A stretch of 64,000 bases of DNA from Betaproteobacteria bacterium HGW-Betaproteobacteria-6 (GCA_002842145.1 PHCF01000006.1:3983-67982); one strand, 5' to 3'; counted from the stretch's first letter, positions 27,421 through 39,693 are shown. The notes: generated from the sequence alone by a model not told the origin. A program made the numbers and translations.

Positions 27421-30400
27421 TCAGGTATCTATGTACTTGTCTATGTCGGAAAGCCCGTCAACCACGACTTTCAGTTTCGCCAAGACTTCTGGTAAAAGCC
27501 GATCACTGCCTTCGGCTGAAGCATTTTTCGCTTCCACCTCCAGCGCAAAAGCAGCTTCGCCTAACTCGGTTGCGCCAATAGAGTTTGCCGCCCCTTTCAG
27601 GGAGTGCGCCAGCAGCCGTTGGGTCGCCCAATCTTCTGCTTTCCGGGCAGCCTCATACTGCCGCCCGAAGTCATTACCGTGCCGGTCCCGGAACTTCTTT
27701 AGAATACGTAGCAGCATCGGCATCCGGCCGCCCAGAACCGATAAACCAATCGCCATCTCAATACCAGGAAAGTCCGGAACATTCTGAGTCGGCCGCTCTG
27801 CCACAACCACCTCCGGTGACACCTCAAATGCTGTTTCAGGCACGGCAACAAGATCGGGAAAGCATTGCGACAGGCGATCATGAAGCACTTCCAGGCTGAT
27901 TGGCTTGGCGGCATGGGCATTCATGCCCACATCCAGACATTCTTGCTGATCGGCAAGTGTGGCATGCGCTGTCAGGGCAATGATCGGTAATTCCCGATAT
28001 TCAGCCTGCGAGCGAAGTCGCCGCGTTGCCTCGTAGCCGTCCATGACCGGCATTTGGCAATCCATCAGAATCACATCCGGCCGTTTTTCGGCAACCGCAG
28101 CAAGCGCCTCGACACCATTCGAAGCCGCTCGCGCAGAGAGGCCTACGGTTTCTAAAAGCCCAAGGATGACCTCTTGATTAACTTCTACGTCTTCCACCAG
28201 CAGAATATCCAGATGGCGGAAACGGGCCCACTGGCTTGCAACTGCCGTCCGCTGTTCCAGAGCCGGTTTTTCCCGACTCGAGATACCAAGACAGCGACCA
28301 AGCTCAACGTAAAGATGACGTGCGCTGACAGGCTTTGCGAGTAACCCATCAAGCTCATGAGCAACGTCATCGAGGCCGGTGTTATGGCTGTAAGAGGTGA
28401 CTAGCAACATGGGCGGAACGGGTAGTTGACGATTGGCAAATGCCTTGCGCAAGCGACGAATCGTTTCGATCCCATCCGTTTCCGGCATTTGCCAATCGCT
28501 AAGGCAGGCCAGATAGTTGGGCGGCACATCAACATTGACGTGCTCAAGGGCTTCCGTCGCATCACGCGCGGTGACGACATCGAGTCCGAGATGTCTGATC
28601 AATCGGCTGAGAATACGCAACGCAATCGGATTGTCGTCAATCAGCAACACTGGCTGGTGGGCATGTTCAGCCAGGGCTTCAGCAAACTTGACGATGTTCA
28701 ACCTGCTGCCATCTTTTGAGACAGCGAGTTTTACAGTGAAATGGAAGGTACTCCCATTACCAACTTCGCTCTCTACCCAAATCTTGCCATGCATCACCTC
28801 GACCAGATGCCGGCATATGGCGAGCCCGAGACCGGTGCCGCCGAATTTTCGTGTTGTCGAGGTGTCCGCCTGAGAAAACGGCTGGAAGAGATTGGCAATC
28901 TGGTCTTCCGTCATGCCAATGCCTTGGTCACTGACCGAGAAGTGCAATTTCACTTCTTCTGCCTCGACTTCTTGTCCTCTGACCTGAACGACCACATTGC
29001 CGCCGGCAGAGAACTTCAGCGCATTTGATACCAGATTGGTGAGAATCTGGGACAAACGCAGCGGGTCTCCCACCAGAACCCGGCTATTCTCTTCAAAGTC
29101 ATAGGCCAGTTCGATGCCTTGTCTCTCGGCTCGAAGTGCGACGACCCCCGAGAGTTGATCAAAGACTTCCTCGAGAGTGAACGGGATGCATTCGACGTCG
29201 AGTTTTCCCGATTCGATCTTGGAGAAATCCAATATGTCGTTAATGATTCGCAACAGGGAGTCCGAGGCTGTTTTGATTTTCTCTACATAGTTCCTTTGCC
29301 GGTTGCTCAACTCCGTAGCCAAAGCCAAATCAGCCATCCCTGTAATGGCATTCATTGGCGTTCGGATCTCATGCGACATGTTGGCCAGAAAGGCGCTTTT
29401 GGCCATATTGGCAGTTTCCGCCGACTGAAGCGCCGATTTAAGCGCCTGGGTACGGTTCTCAACCGTCTCTTCAAGGAGACGGTTGGACTCTTCCTGCATC
29501 TCCAAGGCTTTTAGAATGGCCGCATTCGATTGATTCAGCCTTCGCTCAATTTTTCTGGTCAGAAGGATCGTCAACCAACCCACGACCCAGAAGACAATAC
29601 CGCAAGCCACCAAGGCTTGTTTGATCGCTAGAGAATATTCAGACTGGCCTTGGGTCAATTCCTGGAAAAGCGTTATCGACCCGTGACCGTCGTGAAAATC
29701 TTGAGTCTCTGCAAAATAGGCCTTTCCATTGGCGCTGAAATAATGGTCTTTAGTGGTCAGGAAATCCGGTTCCATATGAATGGTGCTTATGGAATGACCG
29801 CCGTCCTTTCCAAATCTGTCATCAAAGTCTTTTATGAGATTTGAACCAACGGTGGAGTCGATATCCTTTAATTCCAGAAAGCTTCGATCGCCAAAACGAA
29901 CCCTCATGAAGACGGGGGCGGTGAATTTCGATTTATCGAGATAAAGCTCCTGATCAAGGTGCTTTGAAAATTCAAGTTCCGTAGCTTCCCGATTGTTGGA
30001 TTTCCAGATGCGGATATCTTCGTCAAAATGGTTGGCCAAATACTGGAGGCGGACCATGAAGGTTTCCAGTTCCTTCCGCTGCCCTATTTCTTTTGCGGTG
30101 GCCCCAATCTCGTAGATATAGCCTGCGCAAGCCAGGACAAGAAGGGGGATGACCCACATCAGAATGCTGTTGCGAAGATCGTCGGGACGTTGAAGAAGTT
30201 CTTTCGGATCGACAACCTGTTCAACACCGGCGTCGGTCGCTAGCGCTTTGGTAATTCGGTTGGTGGAAAAGCCAAACAAGGCATAGCCAAAACACCATCC
30301 CGAAACTGCTGCAAAGATGTTGAGTAGCGAAAATATGAAGATGACCTGTTTCAGGAGCCCCTCTTCGAGAAAGGGCATGCCTGGCGCTGAGATGGCAGCA

Positions 30401-30483
30401 AGCGTTACGCCCAGAAAGAAGCGAACGCTCCGATCAAGAAAAGATTGATTGCAGGTTAAAGGCAAGCGTCTCAATGAAAGCAT
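27421..30483 (-). CDS. Hybrid sensor histidine kinase (membrane sensor - HisKA - HATPase - REC - REC - Hpt)
   Basis: H-box [16 protein letters not shown] boxes NLVSNALKF and DQGIGM...GGTGLGLAI. Two receiver domains (LLIDDNP..., [11 protein letters not shown]...DCQMPVMDG). C-terminal Hpt ([14 protein letters not shown]). Confidence 0.85.
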   Translation of the reverse strand: MLSLRRLPLTCNQSFLDRSVRFFLGVTLAAISAPGMPFLEEGLLKQVIFIFSLLNIFAAVSGWCFGYALFGFSTNRITKALATDAGVEQVVDPKELLQRPDDLRNSILMWVIPLLVLACAGYIYEIGATAKEIGQRKELETFMVRLQYLANHFDEDIRIWKSNNREATELEFSKHLDQELYLDKSKFTAPVFMRVRFGDRSFLELKDIDSTVGSNLIKDFDDRFGKDGGHSISTIHMEPDFLTTKDHYFSANGKAYFAETQDFHDGHGSITLFQELTQGQSEYSLAIKQALVACGIVFWVVGWLTILLTRKIERRLNQSNAAILKALEMQEESNRLLEETVENRTQALKSALQSAETANMAKSAFLANMSHEIRTPMNAITGMADLALATELSNRQRNYVEKIKTASDSLLRIINDILDFSKIESGKLDVECIPFTLEEVFDQLSGVVALRAERQGIELAYDFEENSRVLVGDPLRLSQILTNLVSNALKFSAGGNVVVQVRGQEVEAEEVKLHFSVSDQGIGMTEDQIANLFQPFSQADTSTTRKFGGTGLGLAICRHLVEVMHGKIWVESEVGNGSTFHFTVKLAVSKDGSRLNIVKFAEALAEHAHQPVLLIDDNPIALRILSRLIRHLGLDVVTARDATEALEHVNVDVPPNYLACLSDWQMPETDGIETIRRLRKAFANRQLPVPPMLLVTSYSHNTGLDDVAHELDGLLAKPVSARHLYVELGRCLGISSREKPALEQRTAVASQWARFRHLDILLVEDVEVNQEVILGLLETVGLSARAASNGVEALAAVAEKRPDVILMDCQMPVMDGYEATRRLRSQAEYRELPIIALTAHATLADQQECLDVGMNAHAAKPISLEVLHDRLSQCFPDLVAVPETAFEVSPEVVVAERPTQNVPDFPGIEMAIGLSVLGGRMPMLLRILKKFRDRHGNDFGRQYEAARKAEDWATQRLLAHSLKGAANSIGATELGEAAFALEVEAKNASAEGSDRLLPEVLAKLKVVVDGLSDIDKYIDT

Positions 30484-30985
30484 CCTAATCTACCGATCAC
30501 TTATAAATTCTCCGATTTTTCAGGTCCGTCCAGGGCTTTCTGACTCAAGGACCGTACACGATTACGGCAGAAAGAAGCGCTCCAACCAAAAAAGCTGGGG
30601 GCTATCTCGAGCAGGGCAATTTCATGATGCCAATTGAATTTGGCGATAAGAGGCCCGGCCATTGGCAACAGAAAAATCAATGTATGCGCCCGATTATTGC
30701 ACTTCATTCGCTTTCCCACGGCATTGCCGTCGTCTGTACTTCCAACCTGCTGGCACCTCAGGACACGGAGTACGCATTCGCCAGTAAAGGAAGCGGCCAT
30801 TCCGTCGAAATTCCAACCCAGTGTCGGCAACCTGCGCAACACCGGCCGCTTACCTAAGCCAGCGCGACCGGCGGCAATGGCCGACGAGTAGCTAGTCAAT
30901 CATCCGTCTGCTCAACTGCTCTACTTAGCAACCGGCCGTTGGTTCGCTCAATAGGCGAATGTCTCTTGCCTGCGCATTTCAGACT

Positions 30986-31014
30986 TGAAAATCAAGCGCA
31001 GCGCTTGCTGCGCT
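30986..31014 (-). terminator. Putative rho-independent terminator downstream of metY
   Basis: Perfect 9-bp stem AAGCGCAGC/GCTGCGCTT with a 4-nt loop, followed on the minus strand by GATTTTC. A weaker hairpin lies at 31027-31043. Confidence 0.45.
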
Positions 31015-31063
31015 TGAAGGTAAAGGCCCGGCGCTTGGCCGGGTCATTGTTGAGTTTGTTTGA

Positions 31064-32335
<1,272 letters not shown>

Positions 32336-32450
32336 GCGTGTCTCTCTTCGTGTTGTTGTTGAAAAAGGGCGGTCGGGAAACGGACTGGCTAGCTTAGCGC
32401 GCCCGGCGATGGGCGCCAATATCGATGTCTTCTATCGATATGCCCGAATG

Positions 32451-34385
32451 TCATGCGGCCGGGGCGCTTGCTTCTTCATCACCGGGAAAGGTCTCGGCTG
32501 AATGGCGCGCTGCCTTGATCATGAAACGACCCGGGTCGAGGGCGTCAACGAGGTCGCGTTCGAGCGGCAGCGGCTCGCCTTCGATCTGGCTGAGCAGCAG
32601 GTCGGCCATCAGCGCCGACCACACGATGCCGCGCGCGCCAAAGCCCTGGACGCACCACAGGCCGGGCTGGCGCGGGATGTTGTGGAGGCGCGTGTTGGGC
32701 GTCGCCGCCATGGCATCGGGCACGGCGCCGACGATGGGCAGGCGGTCCGGCGACATCGGGCGGAAGCCGACGCGGCCGTGCAATGCTGCCGGGTCGAGGC
32801 CGGCGGCGAAGTCGGGCAGGGTCAGACGGAGGCGGGCGAGGTTGTCGCGGTGGTCGGATTCGCGCTCGGCTGATTCGTCGTCCTCGTAGGAGAGCGAGGC
32901 GCCGATCAACTGCGTACCGTCGAGGTCCGGGATGGCGTAGCCGACCTGAAAGAGCACGGCCTTGAGCGGTGTGCCGTTGGTTGCCGGCAGATGGCTGACC
33001 TGGCCGCGACCCGAGCGTTGCGGCAGCCAGGCGAACTGTTCGAAACGTGGGGCGGCGGCGCCGCTGGCCATGATCAGGACAGGCGCCTCGGCCAGGATGT
33101 TGCCGGCCGCATCAAGCGCCTGCCATTCCGTTTTTGGCCGAAAAATCCGGTTGACCGTAGCATTGAAGCGCGTCGTGATTTTTTCTGGAAAAGCAGCCAG
33201 CGCGGCCTGGCAAACCGATGGCGGTTGCACCCAGCCGCCATTCGGGAACCACCAGCCGCCGATATTCACCGTTTGCCCGAGCAGCAGGCTGGCTTCTTCC
33301 CGGTCGACGAACCGGAGAAGGTCGGGCGGCAAGCCGAGTTGTTCGACGGTGCGCCTTTGCTGTGCTTCGTGCTCCGGTTCGCGCGCCAGATGCAGCACGC
33401 CGCAGGGCGACCAGCGGGCATCGGGCAGGCCGGCGAGCAGGGCGCGGGTGGCGAGGAAGCCGGCGCGGGTCAGGCGTGACAGGCGGTTGTCGTCGGCGCT
33501 GGGTAGCGGGCGCAGCATGCCGGCCAGGTTGCTCGAGGCTCCGGTGGCCGGGGCGGCAGCCTGCTCAAGGACGGTGACCTGCCAGCCGGCGGCGGCCAGC
33601 GCGTAGGCCGTGGCGCTGCCGGCAATCCCGGCGCCGATGACGATCGCCCGGCGATCGGTCGGCGCGAGGTGGCGATCCGGTCGGCGCGAACGGAAACGGC
33701 CGACCAGCATCTGCCGTTTGCCGACCGGTCCCGGGCGTTTTTCGACATCGAACTCGGCGTCTTTCAACGCCTGGCGGACATGGCCGGCGACTGTCCACGT
33801 GGCCAGCGTGGCGCCGGGTGCAGTCAGGCGGGCGAGGCCCTTGCAGAATTGCGGCGACCACAGTTCCGGATTCTTTTGCGGGGAAAAGCCGTCGAGGAAG
33901 AAGGCATCGACCGAGGCGTCGATGGCTCGCAACTCGGTCGAAGCGTCCCCGAAAAGCAGGGTCAGGATGACCTGGCCGCCATCGAGATGCAGGCGGTGCA
34001 TGCCCGGCACCAGCGGCGGCCAGTGTCTTTGCAGTTCCGCTGCCAGTTCGCCGAATTCCGGCCAGGCCTGCTGGCAGGTGGCGAGGTCCGCTACGGTCAA
34101 CGGGAATTTTTCGCAAGAAATGAAATGCAGACGCCGGCAGCGGTGCGGGTCGTCGCGCCAGGCCTGCCAGGCGGCGAGAAAATTCAGCCCGGTGCCGAAG
34201 CCGGTTTCAAGGATGACGAAGCGGTCGCGACCCTGCCACCGTTGCGGCAACCCATTGCCGCCAAGAAAGACATGCTGCGCCTGCATCGGGCCGCCCAGGG
34301 CGGAGTGATAGACGTCGTCAAAAGCGGCTGAGTAGGGCGTGCCGTAGGCGACAAATTCAATCGTGGCGGGCTGCAGCTTGTCCAC
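32451..34385 (-). CDS. mnmC: Bifunctional tRNA (mnm5s2U34) methyltransferase / FAD-dependent cmnm5s2U34 oxidoreductase MnmC
   Basis: N-terminal SAM-MTase part ([33 protein letters not shown]) and C-terminal DAO domain ([18 protein letters not shown]). GTG 34385 overlaps the stop of the upstream ORF (TAGTG). Confidence 0.85.
   Translation of the reverse strand: MDKLQPATIEFVAYGTPYSAAFDDVYHSALGGPMQAQHVFLGGNGLPQRWQGRDRFVILETGFGTGLNFLAAWQAWRDDPHRCRRLHFISCEKFPLTVADLATCQQAWPEFGELAAELQRHWPPLVPGMHRLHLDGGQVILTLLFGDASTELRAIDASVDAFFLDGFSPQKNPELWSPQFCKGLARLTAPGATLATWTVAGHVRQALKDAEFDVEKRPGPVGKRQMLVGRFRSRRPDRHLAPTDRRAIVIGAGIAGSATAYALAAAGWQVTVLEQAAAPATGASSNLAGMLRPLPSADDNRLSRLTRAGFLATRALLAGLPDARWSPCGVLHLAREPEHEAQQRRTVEQLGLPPDLLRFVDREEASLLLGQTVNIGGWWFPNGGWVQPPSVCQAALAAFPEKITTRFNATVNRIFRPKTEWQALDAAGNILAEAPVLIMASGAAAPRFEQFAWLPQRSGRGQVSHLPATNGTPLKAVLFQVGYAIPDLDGTQLIGASLSYEDDESAERESDHRDNLARLRLTLPDFAAGLDPAALHGRVGFRPMSPDRLPIVGAVPDAMAATPNTRLHNIPRQPGLWCVQGFGARGIVWSALMADLLLSQIEGEPLPLERDLVDALDPGRFMIKAARHSAETFPGDEEASAPAA
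33133..33163 (+). repeat. Dispersed motif copy: TTTGGCCgaaaaatCCGGTTGACCGTAGcat (inside mnmC, antisense)
   Basis: Seen directly. Shares TTTGGCC and CCGGTTGACCGTAG with the other copies. Confidence 0.7.
34091..34114 (-). repeat. Dispersed motif copy, reverse orientation: (rc) GCGAAAAATTCCCGTTGACCGTAG (inside mnmC, sense)
   Basis: Seen directly. Encodes EKFPLTVA. Confidence 0.55.
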
Positions 34386-34879
34386 TAGTGGAGGCGCGAA
34401 AGGTGCTCGCTGCGTGGTGTCGTGCTGGCTGTTGCCGGTATGTCCTCGAGTGCCAGATTCCATTGCGCATGGTCGGCGCCGGCGCGCAGCATGGTGCACA
34501 GGGTTTGCAGCAGATCGGCGTTGACGGCGAGCTGAAAACTTCGCTCCCGGCCTTCGCGGAAAGTCAGGTTGAACGTGCCGTCGCCCAGGGTGTCCACCTT
34601 GAGTTCGCTGCTGAGCAGAGGCGTCGAACCTAGCGGGAAAGTCGCATTTTCTTCAGAAAAGGCCTGGTCGAAATTGACTGCCTCGTCGGTCGGGGTTTCG
34701 CCAACAATCGGCATTGCAGCCGTTTGCTTCCCGGCCAGCCGGGACAGATGCGGCCACAACTCGCGCAGGAAACGCCGGGTCAGCCAGATCCGGTATTCCT
34801 CGTCATCCTGCGACGAGATGCGCAGAAGCAGGCGATCCTGCACTTGGTCGCAAGCAACTTGAAGCTGACGAATTTGCAT
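34385..34879 (-). CDS. Hypothetical protein (164 aa), translationally coupled to mnmC
   Basis: Coding-like composition, no recognisable motifs. The stop overlaps the mnmC GTG by 1 nt. Confidence 0.5.
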   Translation of the reverse strand: MQIRQLQVACDQVQDRLLLRISSQDDEEYRIWLTRRFLRELWPHLSRLAGKQTAAMPIVGETPTDEAVNFDQAFSEENATFPLGSTPLLSSELKVDTLGDGTFNLTFREGRERSFQLAVNADLLQTLCTMLRAGADHAQWNLALEDIPATASTTPRSEHLSRLH

Positions 34880-34967
34880 CAGAAATTACCGGAAAAACCC
34901 GATGGGTGAGCGAGCGCAGCCAAGACAAGGTGCCGTGCAACGCCGTATTGGCAAGCGCAGCCACGCA

Positions 34968-36473
34968 TCACTCGGGGCGCATGGAGGGGAAGAGGATCAC
35001 ATCGCGAATCGCGGCGGCGTCGGTCAGGAGCATGATCAGCCGATCGATCCCGATGCCGCAGCCACCGGTCGGCGGCAGCCCGTATTCCAGCGCGCGGATG
35101 AAATCGGCGTCGTAATACATCGCTTCCTCGTCGCCGGCATCCTTGGCCTTCATCTGTTCCTGGAAGCGCGCCGCCTGGTCTTCGGCATCGTTCAGTTCGG
35201 AGAAGCCGTTGGCAATCTCGCGGCCAACGATGAACAGCTCGAAGCGCTCGGTGATTTCCGGATTGCTATTGGAGGCGCGGGCCAGCGGCGACACTTCGAC
35301 CGGGTAGTCGATGATGAAGGTCGGCTCCCAGCACTGGGCTTCGGCACAGGCTTCGAACAGTTGCAGCTGCAGGCTGCCGAGGCCGCCCGGCTTGACCGGC
35401 TCGCCGAAGTGCTTGATCTTGGCCTTGAGAAATTCGGTATCGGCCAGCTCGGCATCGGAGAATTCCGGATGCTGGCGCTGGATGGCCTGGTTGATGGTCA
35501 GGCGATGGAAAGGCTTGGAGAGGTCGAGTTCGCGGCCCTGATAGACGAAGACTTCCTTGCCCAGCGCTTCGCGTGCGGCGTGGCGGAGCAGGCCTTCGGT
35601 GAAGTCCATCAGCGTGTTGTAGTTCGCGTACGCCTCGTAGAACTCCATCATCGTGAATTCGGGGTTGTGGCGCGGCGACAGACCTTCGTTGCGGAAGTTG
35701 CGGTTGATCTCGAAAACCTTCTCGAAGCCGCCGACGACCAGACGCTTCAAATACAGCTCCGGGGCGATGCGCAGGAACTGCTGCATGTCGAGCGCGTTGT
35801 GATGCGTCACGAAGGGCTTGGCCGAGGCGCCGCCGGGGATCGGGTGCATCATCGGCGTTTCGACTTCCATGAAGCCGTGGCCGGTCATGTAGTTGCGGAT
35901 CGAGGCGACGATGGCCGAACGGGCGCGGAAGGTGAAGCGCGTTTCCTCGTTCATGATCAGGTCGACGTAACGCTGGCGATACTTCATTTCCTGGTCGGCC
36001 AGGCCGTGGAACTTGTCCGGCAGTGGGCGCAGGGATTTGGTCAGCAGGCGGATTTCGGCGGCCTGGATGGACAACTCACCGGTCTTCGTCTTCATCAGGA
36101 TGCCGCGCACGCCGATGATGTCGCCCAGGTCCCAGGTCTTGAAGTCGGCATAGACCTCTTCGCCAACGCGGTCGCGGGTGATGTACAGCTGGATGCGCCC
36201 CGACAGGTCCTGAATGGTGGCGAACGAGGCCTTGCCCATGACGCGCTTGAGCATCATGCGGCCGGCAAGCTTGACTTCGACCGGCAGACCTTCAAGCTCT
36301 TCCGCCGATTTGTCAGCGTAACCTTCGAGGACCTTGGCAGCGGTGTTCTCGCGCTGGAAGTCGTTCGGGAAGGCTTTCCCTGTCTTTCGCCACTCGGCCA
36401 GTTTGGCGCGGCGCTCGGCGATGAGCTGGTTTTCGTCCTGCAGGACCGGGGCTTGCTGTTCGGGGTTGGACAT
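34968..36473 (-). CDS. lysS: Lysine--tRNA ligase (class II)
   Basis: [25 protein letters not shown]...; class II motifs ([31 protein letters not shown]). Confidence 0.95.
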   Translation of the reverse strand: MSNPEQQAPVLQDENQLIAERRAKLAEWRKTGKAFPNDFQRENTAAKVLEGYADKSAEELEGLPVEVKLAGRMMLKRVMGKASFATIQDLSGRIQLYITRDRVGEEVYADFKTWDLGDIIGVRGILMKTKTGELSIQAAEIRLLTKSLRPLPDKFHGLADQEMKYRQRYVDLIMNEETRFTFRARSAIVASIRNYMTGHGFMEVETPMMHPIPGGASAKPFVTHHNALDMQQFLRIAPELYLKRLVVGGFEKVFEINRNFRNEGLSPRHNPEFTMMEFYEAYANYNTLMDFTEGLLRHAAREALGKEVFVYQGRELDLSKPFHRLTINQAIQRQHPEFSDAELADTEFLKAKIKHFGEPVKPGGLGSLQLQLFEACAEAQCWEPTFIIDYPVEVSPLARASNSNPEITERFELFIVGREIANGFSELNDAEDQAARFQEQMKAKDAGDEEAMYYDADFIRALEYGLPPTGGCGIGIDRLIMLLTDAAAIRDVILFPSMRPE

Positions 36474-36692
36474 GAAGAATCCTTGGGAAAATGGGCGGCG
36501 CTGTGAGCAAATGCCAAGAACCTTTGATTTTCGCCGATTTTGGCTATTGGGGACAAGGTTGGTGCAGCTTGTTTCGGCCGGATTTTGGGTCGGCCAGCCG
36601 ATTGAAACCGTCACCCAGACCGGGAGCGCCAGCAGCAAATGACCAGGGTGTGCCGCGAGCGCCTGCCGTCCATCAACTGGCGGGGCAGTCAA

Positions 36693-37037
36693 TCAGGCAT
36701 AGACATTGACCACGCTGCCGACGCCGCTGGCCCTGGATGCTGAGTCGATAGCCGCCGCGGTGTCGCTCGGGCTGTTGAGAGTCTCAGCTTGATTGGAACG
36801 AGGCCTGCTGGCGTCCTGTTTTGACAGCTCGGCAGATTCGATGCGCTGTTTTATTTCGCTGATCTTTCCAGCGATTTCAGCGATCTTGGCCTTCCCCTCG
36901 GTGGTTTTGCACGATGGACAGTTTTCCCAACTGGCCAGCTCCGCCTCATATCTCGCGAGTTGTGCGCTGAGCGTGACAGCAGAATTACCTGCTGAGGCCT
37001 GAGCCGGTGGCAAGGAACTGGAGATGGCACTCAGCAT
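36693..37037 (-). CDS. Hypothetical small protein with a predicted coiled-coil (FlxA-like?)
   Basis: ORF only. LARYEAELASWENCPSCKTTEGKAKIAEIAGKISEIKQRIE. No strong family call possible. Confidence 0.4.
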   Translation of the reverse strand: MLSAISSSLPPAQASAGNSAVTLSAQLARYEAELASWENCPSCKTTEGKAKIAEIAGKISEIKQRIESAELSKQDASRPRSNQAETLNSPSDTAAAIDSASRASGVGSVVNVYA

Positions 37038-37043
37038 GGGTTT

Positions 37044-37706
37044 TTATTGGTAAAGGTCCGGGAATTGGCGCCGGAGATGCTCGATCTTGGGGAGGTCGTT
37101 GATCACGATGTAGGGTTGGGTGAGATGCCGGGCCAGATAATTCTGGTGGTACGGTTCAGCGGGATAGAACTGCTGCAGCGCGGCGATTTGCGTGACGACG
37201 GGTTTGCCGAAAGTACGCTCGGCGGTCAGCTTTTTGATCTGATCGGTTGCGGTTTTGTGCTGCTCGGGATCGGTGAAGAAAATTGCCGAACGATATTGGC
37301 GGCCGACATCCGGACCTTGGCGGTTGAGTTGCGTCGGGTCATGGGCGACGAAAAAGAACACTTGCAGCAACTGCTGATACGAGACCTGCGCCGGATTGAA
37401 ACGAACGCGCACGGCTTCGGCATGACCCGTCCGGCCACCGCTGACCGCACCGTAACTGGCGCTATCGGCATTGCCGCCGGCATATCCCGACTCGACGCTG
37501 GCAACGCCCTTGACGTGCTTGAACACCGCATCGACGCCCCAGAAACAGCCGCCGGCGAAAACAGCGGTCTGCAAGCTTGCCGTCGGGCGATCCACCTTGC
37601 TTTCGGCGATCACCAAAGCGCTATGGGCGGGGATCAGGACCGCAAGGAACAGTCTGGCAAGCAGTACCAGCCGGCCAGCTTTCGTCGAACTGGATAGAAA
37701 GGACAT
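37044..37706 (-). CDS. msrA: Peptide-methionine (S)-S-oxide reductase MsrA with an N-terminal export/anchor signal
   Basis: Catalytic GGCFWGV motif. Hydrophobic N-terminus RLVLLARLFLAVLIPAHSALV suggests a periplasmic location. Confidence 0.9.
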   Translation of the reverse strand: MSFLSSSTKAGRLVLLARLFLAVLIPAHSALVIAESKVDRPTASLQTAVFAGGCFWGVDAVFKHVKGVASVESGYAGGNADSASYGAVSGGRTGHAEAVRVRFNPAQVSYQQLLQVFFFVAHDPTQLNRQGPDVGRQYRSAIFFTDPEQHKTATDQIKKLTAERTFGKPVVTQIAALQQFYPAEPYHQNYLARHLTQPYIVINDLPKIEHLRRQFPDLYQ

Positions 37707-37825
37707 GATTCACTCCTGTTTCACTTGGTTGGCCACAAGGCCAGTCATTGCCTTGCGTACGGCGGACTGGTCGTGCCAGGACGCCGGTGGGGCCAGCGAT
37801 CAGCGCCAGGCCCCACCTGGGGCGA

Positions 37826-38095
37826 CTACTTCTTCATGTCGTCCTTGCCCATGCCCATGCCATCCTTGGCCATGGCGTCTTTCTTCATGGCGCCCTTCTT
37901 CATGTCGTCCTTGGCCATCGCATCTTTTTTCATGCCATCTTTGGCCATATGGTCCTTGTCCATCGGCTTCTTCATGCCATCCTTGGCCATGCCGTCGGTG
38001 GCCATCGCGTCTTTTTTCATCATGTCGTCGGCAAAAGCGGTGCTGCCGGCAAGCATCAAACAGGCGGCGAAAATACTGGAAATGATCGTTTTCAT
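37826..38095 (-). CDS. mrpX: Secreted methionine-rich pentapeptide (MXKDX) repeat peptide, MrpX-like
   Basis: Signal peptide MKTIISSIFAACLMLAGSTAFA, then about 13 tandem M-x-K-D-x units. I count 15 Met in 66 mature residues. The DNA shows 15-nt periodicity. Confidence 0.8.
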   Translation of the reverse strand: MKTIISSIFAACLMLAGSTAFADDMMKKDAMATDGMAKDGMKKPMDKDHMAKDGMKKDAMAKDDMKKGAMKKDAMAKDGMGMGKDDMKK

Positions 38096-38165
38096 GGTGG
38101 ACTCCGTGGTGGTTGGTAAATCGTGGCAGGAATGCCGGGTTTTCAGGGCTGTTGCGCGGAATCGC

Positions 38166-38954
38166 TCAACTGCCGCCGAACCAGTTGTACCCCTGGTCTT
38201 CCCAGTAGCCCCCGGGGTAGGTATTGGTGACAAAAATGGCTTGAATGTGTTTCGGGTTCTTGTAGCCGAGCTTGGTTGGCATGCGCAGTTTCATCGGAAA
38301 GCCGTAGCGCGGCGGTAAGGGCTGGCTGTCATAAGTCAGCGTCAGCAGTGTCTGCGGATGCAGGGCGGTCGGCATGTCGATGCTGGTGTAGTAGTCATCG
38401 GCGCATTTGAAGCCGACATATTGGGCGCTGAGATCGGCGCCGACCCGGCGCAGGAAACTGGCGAAGGGCACGCCGCCCCATTTGCCTATGGCACTCCAGC
38501 CCTCGACGCAGATATGGCGGGTGATCTGGTCGGTCTGCGGCATGGCGCGCAACTCGGCAAGCGTCCAGGCGTGCTTGTCGGCGACCATGCCGGTTACTTC
38601 CAGGCGGTAGCTTTCTTCCTCCACGTGCCGTATCTCGTCCTCGCCGTAGTAGGCATTGAACGGAAAGGGGCGGGTGATCATCGAGTCTGGATAGGTCGGG
38701 GCCAGCCGGTTAGGGTCGAACAGCCAGGCCTGGACCTTGTCGTTGAAGCGGGAGACGGTCATCAGCGCGTTCTCGACGCTGCTGTCATCGACCAGGCTGC
38801 AACCGCTGAGCAGCGACAGCCCGCCGAGGCTCAGCGAGCGTTGCAGAAAGGCGCGCCGGGTCGGCTGGTCAAGGCGACGACTGATTTCCTTCGTTGCGTC
38901 CTTGAGTACAAGGTCGCCATCGATGGCAAGTTGTCGGAAGGGCTTCTTGATCAT
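38166..38954 (-). CDS. Periplasmic molybdopterin-dependent oxidoreductase (sulfite-oxidase fold, YedY/MsrP-like)
   Basis: Twin-Arg-like TRRAFLQRSLSLGGLSLLSGC leader, then the Oxidored_molyb-type core (ITRHICVEGWSAIGKWGGVPF). Confidence 0.8.
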   Translation of the reverse strand: MIKKPFRQLAIDGDLVLKDATKEISRRLDQPTRRAFLQRSLSLGGLSLLSGCSLVDDSSVENALMTVSRFNDKVQAWLFDPNRLAPTYPDSMITRPFPFNAYYGEDEIRHVEEESYRLEVTGMVADKHAWTLAELRAMPQTDQITRHICVEGWSAIGKWGGVPFASFLRRVGADLSAQYVGFKCADDYYTSIDMPTALHPQTLLTLTYDSQPLPPRYGFPMKLRMPTKLGYKNPKHIQAIFVTNTYPGGYWEDQGYNWFGGS

Positions 38955-38966
38955 GTCGATGGCTCC

Positions 38967-39563
38967 CTAACGGCCGCGGATCATGGCCAGCAACGTGCGA
39001 GGGACGAGCGCTACCATGAGCAGATGTATGGCGGCGAAGGCGACCAGGGCGGCCATCGCCAGGAAATGCTCGCGGCGTGCTGCTTCGTAACCGCCGAGGA
39101 GTTCGCGCAGAATGGGGAACTGCACCGATTTCCAGAGCACCAGGCCGGACAGCACGAGGAGTACCGAATCGACCATCACGAACAGATAGGCGGCCCGTTG
39201 CACCATGTTGTAGTGGCTCAGATCGACGTGTGACAACCTGCCTTTCACGGCGGCCAGGACATCGGCTAAAAAGGCGCGCGGTGATAGCGGGAAGAACTTG
39301 CGCCACAGGCGCCCGCTGACGATGTTGCAGGCCAGGTAGATCAGGCCGTTGCCGACCAGCACCCACATCGCCGCGAAATGCCACTGAATGGCGCCGCCCA
39401 GCCAGCCACCCAGGGTGATCTCGCGGGGAATTGCAAAGGCGAAAAAGGGCGACGCGTCATAGATGCGCCAGCCGCTGGTCGCCAGAACGACGATGGCGAG
39501 CGCATTGATCCAATGCGTCAGGCGGACCCAGAGCGGGTGAATGAGATCGGTGTCGTTGGCCAT
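38967..39563 (-). CDS. Membrane di-haem cytochrome b (cytochrome b561/PF01292-like) partner of the Mo-enzyme
   Basis: From MANDTDLIHPLWVRLTHWINALAIVVL. Four TM helices with conserved His (HW..., WHF...). The track ORF N-terminus is rejected. Confidence 0.75.
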   Translation of the reverse strand: MANDTDLIHPLWVRLTHWINALAIVVLATSGWRIYDASPFFAFAIPREITLGGWLGGAIQWHFAAMWVLVGNGLIYLACNIVSGRLWRKFFPLSPRAFLADVLAAVKGRLSHVDLSHYNMVQRAAYLFVMVDSVLLVLSGLVLWKSVQFPILRELLGGYEAARREHFLAMAALVAFAAIHLLMVALVPRTLLAMIRGR

Positions 39564-39611
39564 TGCTTCCCTCTTGGCGAGGTCCCTTTTTGTGTTTCGT
39601 CTGGAAGGTAG

Positions 39612-39637
39612 TTCGGGCCCGGGTGGCGAATGGTTAC
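39612..39637 (-). promoter_or_regulatory. SigF-type ECF promoter GTAACC-N16-CGAA driving the cyt b / Mo-oxidoreductase / mrpX (/msrA) genes
   Basis: Minus strand reads GTAACCattcgccacccgggccCGAA, about 50 nt upstream of ATG 39563. Matches the recalled SigF consensus. Confidence 0.55.
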
Positions 39638-39693
39638 AAGCTAGGGCAATATTTGTTTTCCCATGACGGCGGCAGGTATTTTTTCCGGCTGAT

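Noticed and set aside
30501-30899. 132-aa ORF (and overlapping + strand ORFs) in the spacer between the histidine kinase and metY.
   Set aside because: No RBS, no recognisable motifs, odd composition and competing ORFs on both strands. I cannot support it as a gene, so the region stays unexplained.
32336-32450. Possible SAM riboswitch in the metY leader.
   Set aside because: I could not recognise the conserved core or pseudoknot of any SAM riboswitch class by eye. This needs a covariance-model scan.
37707-37825. Hairpin GCCCCAGGTGGGGC after mrpX as an intrinsic terminator separating mrpX from msrA.
   Set aside because: The stem is only 5-6 bp with a minimal loop and no T-run, so it is not convincing. 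Co-transcription of msrA with mrpX stays open.
37826-38030. Tandem 15-nt DNA repeats that might be taken for a CRISPR array or a non-coding satellite.
   Set aside because: There are no spacers. The repeats are in-frame and encode the MXKDX peptide behind a clear signal peptide.
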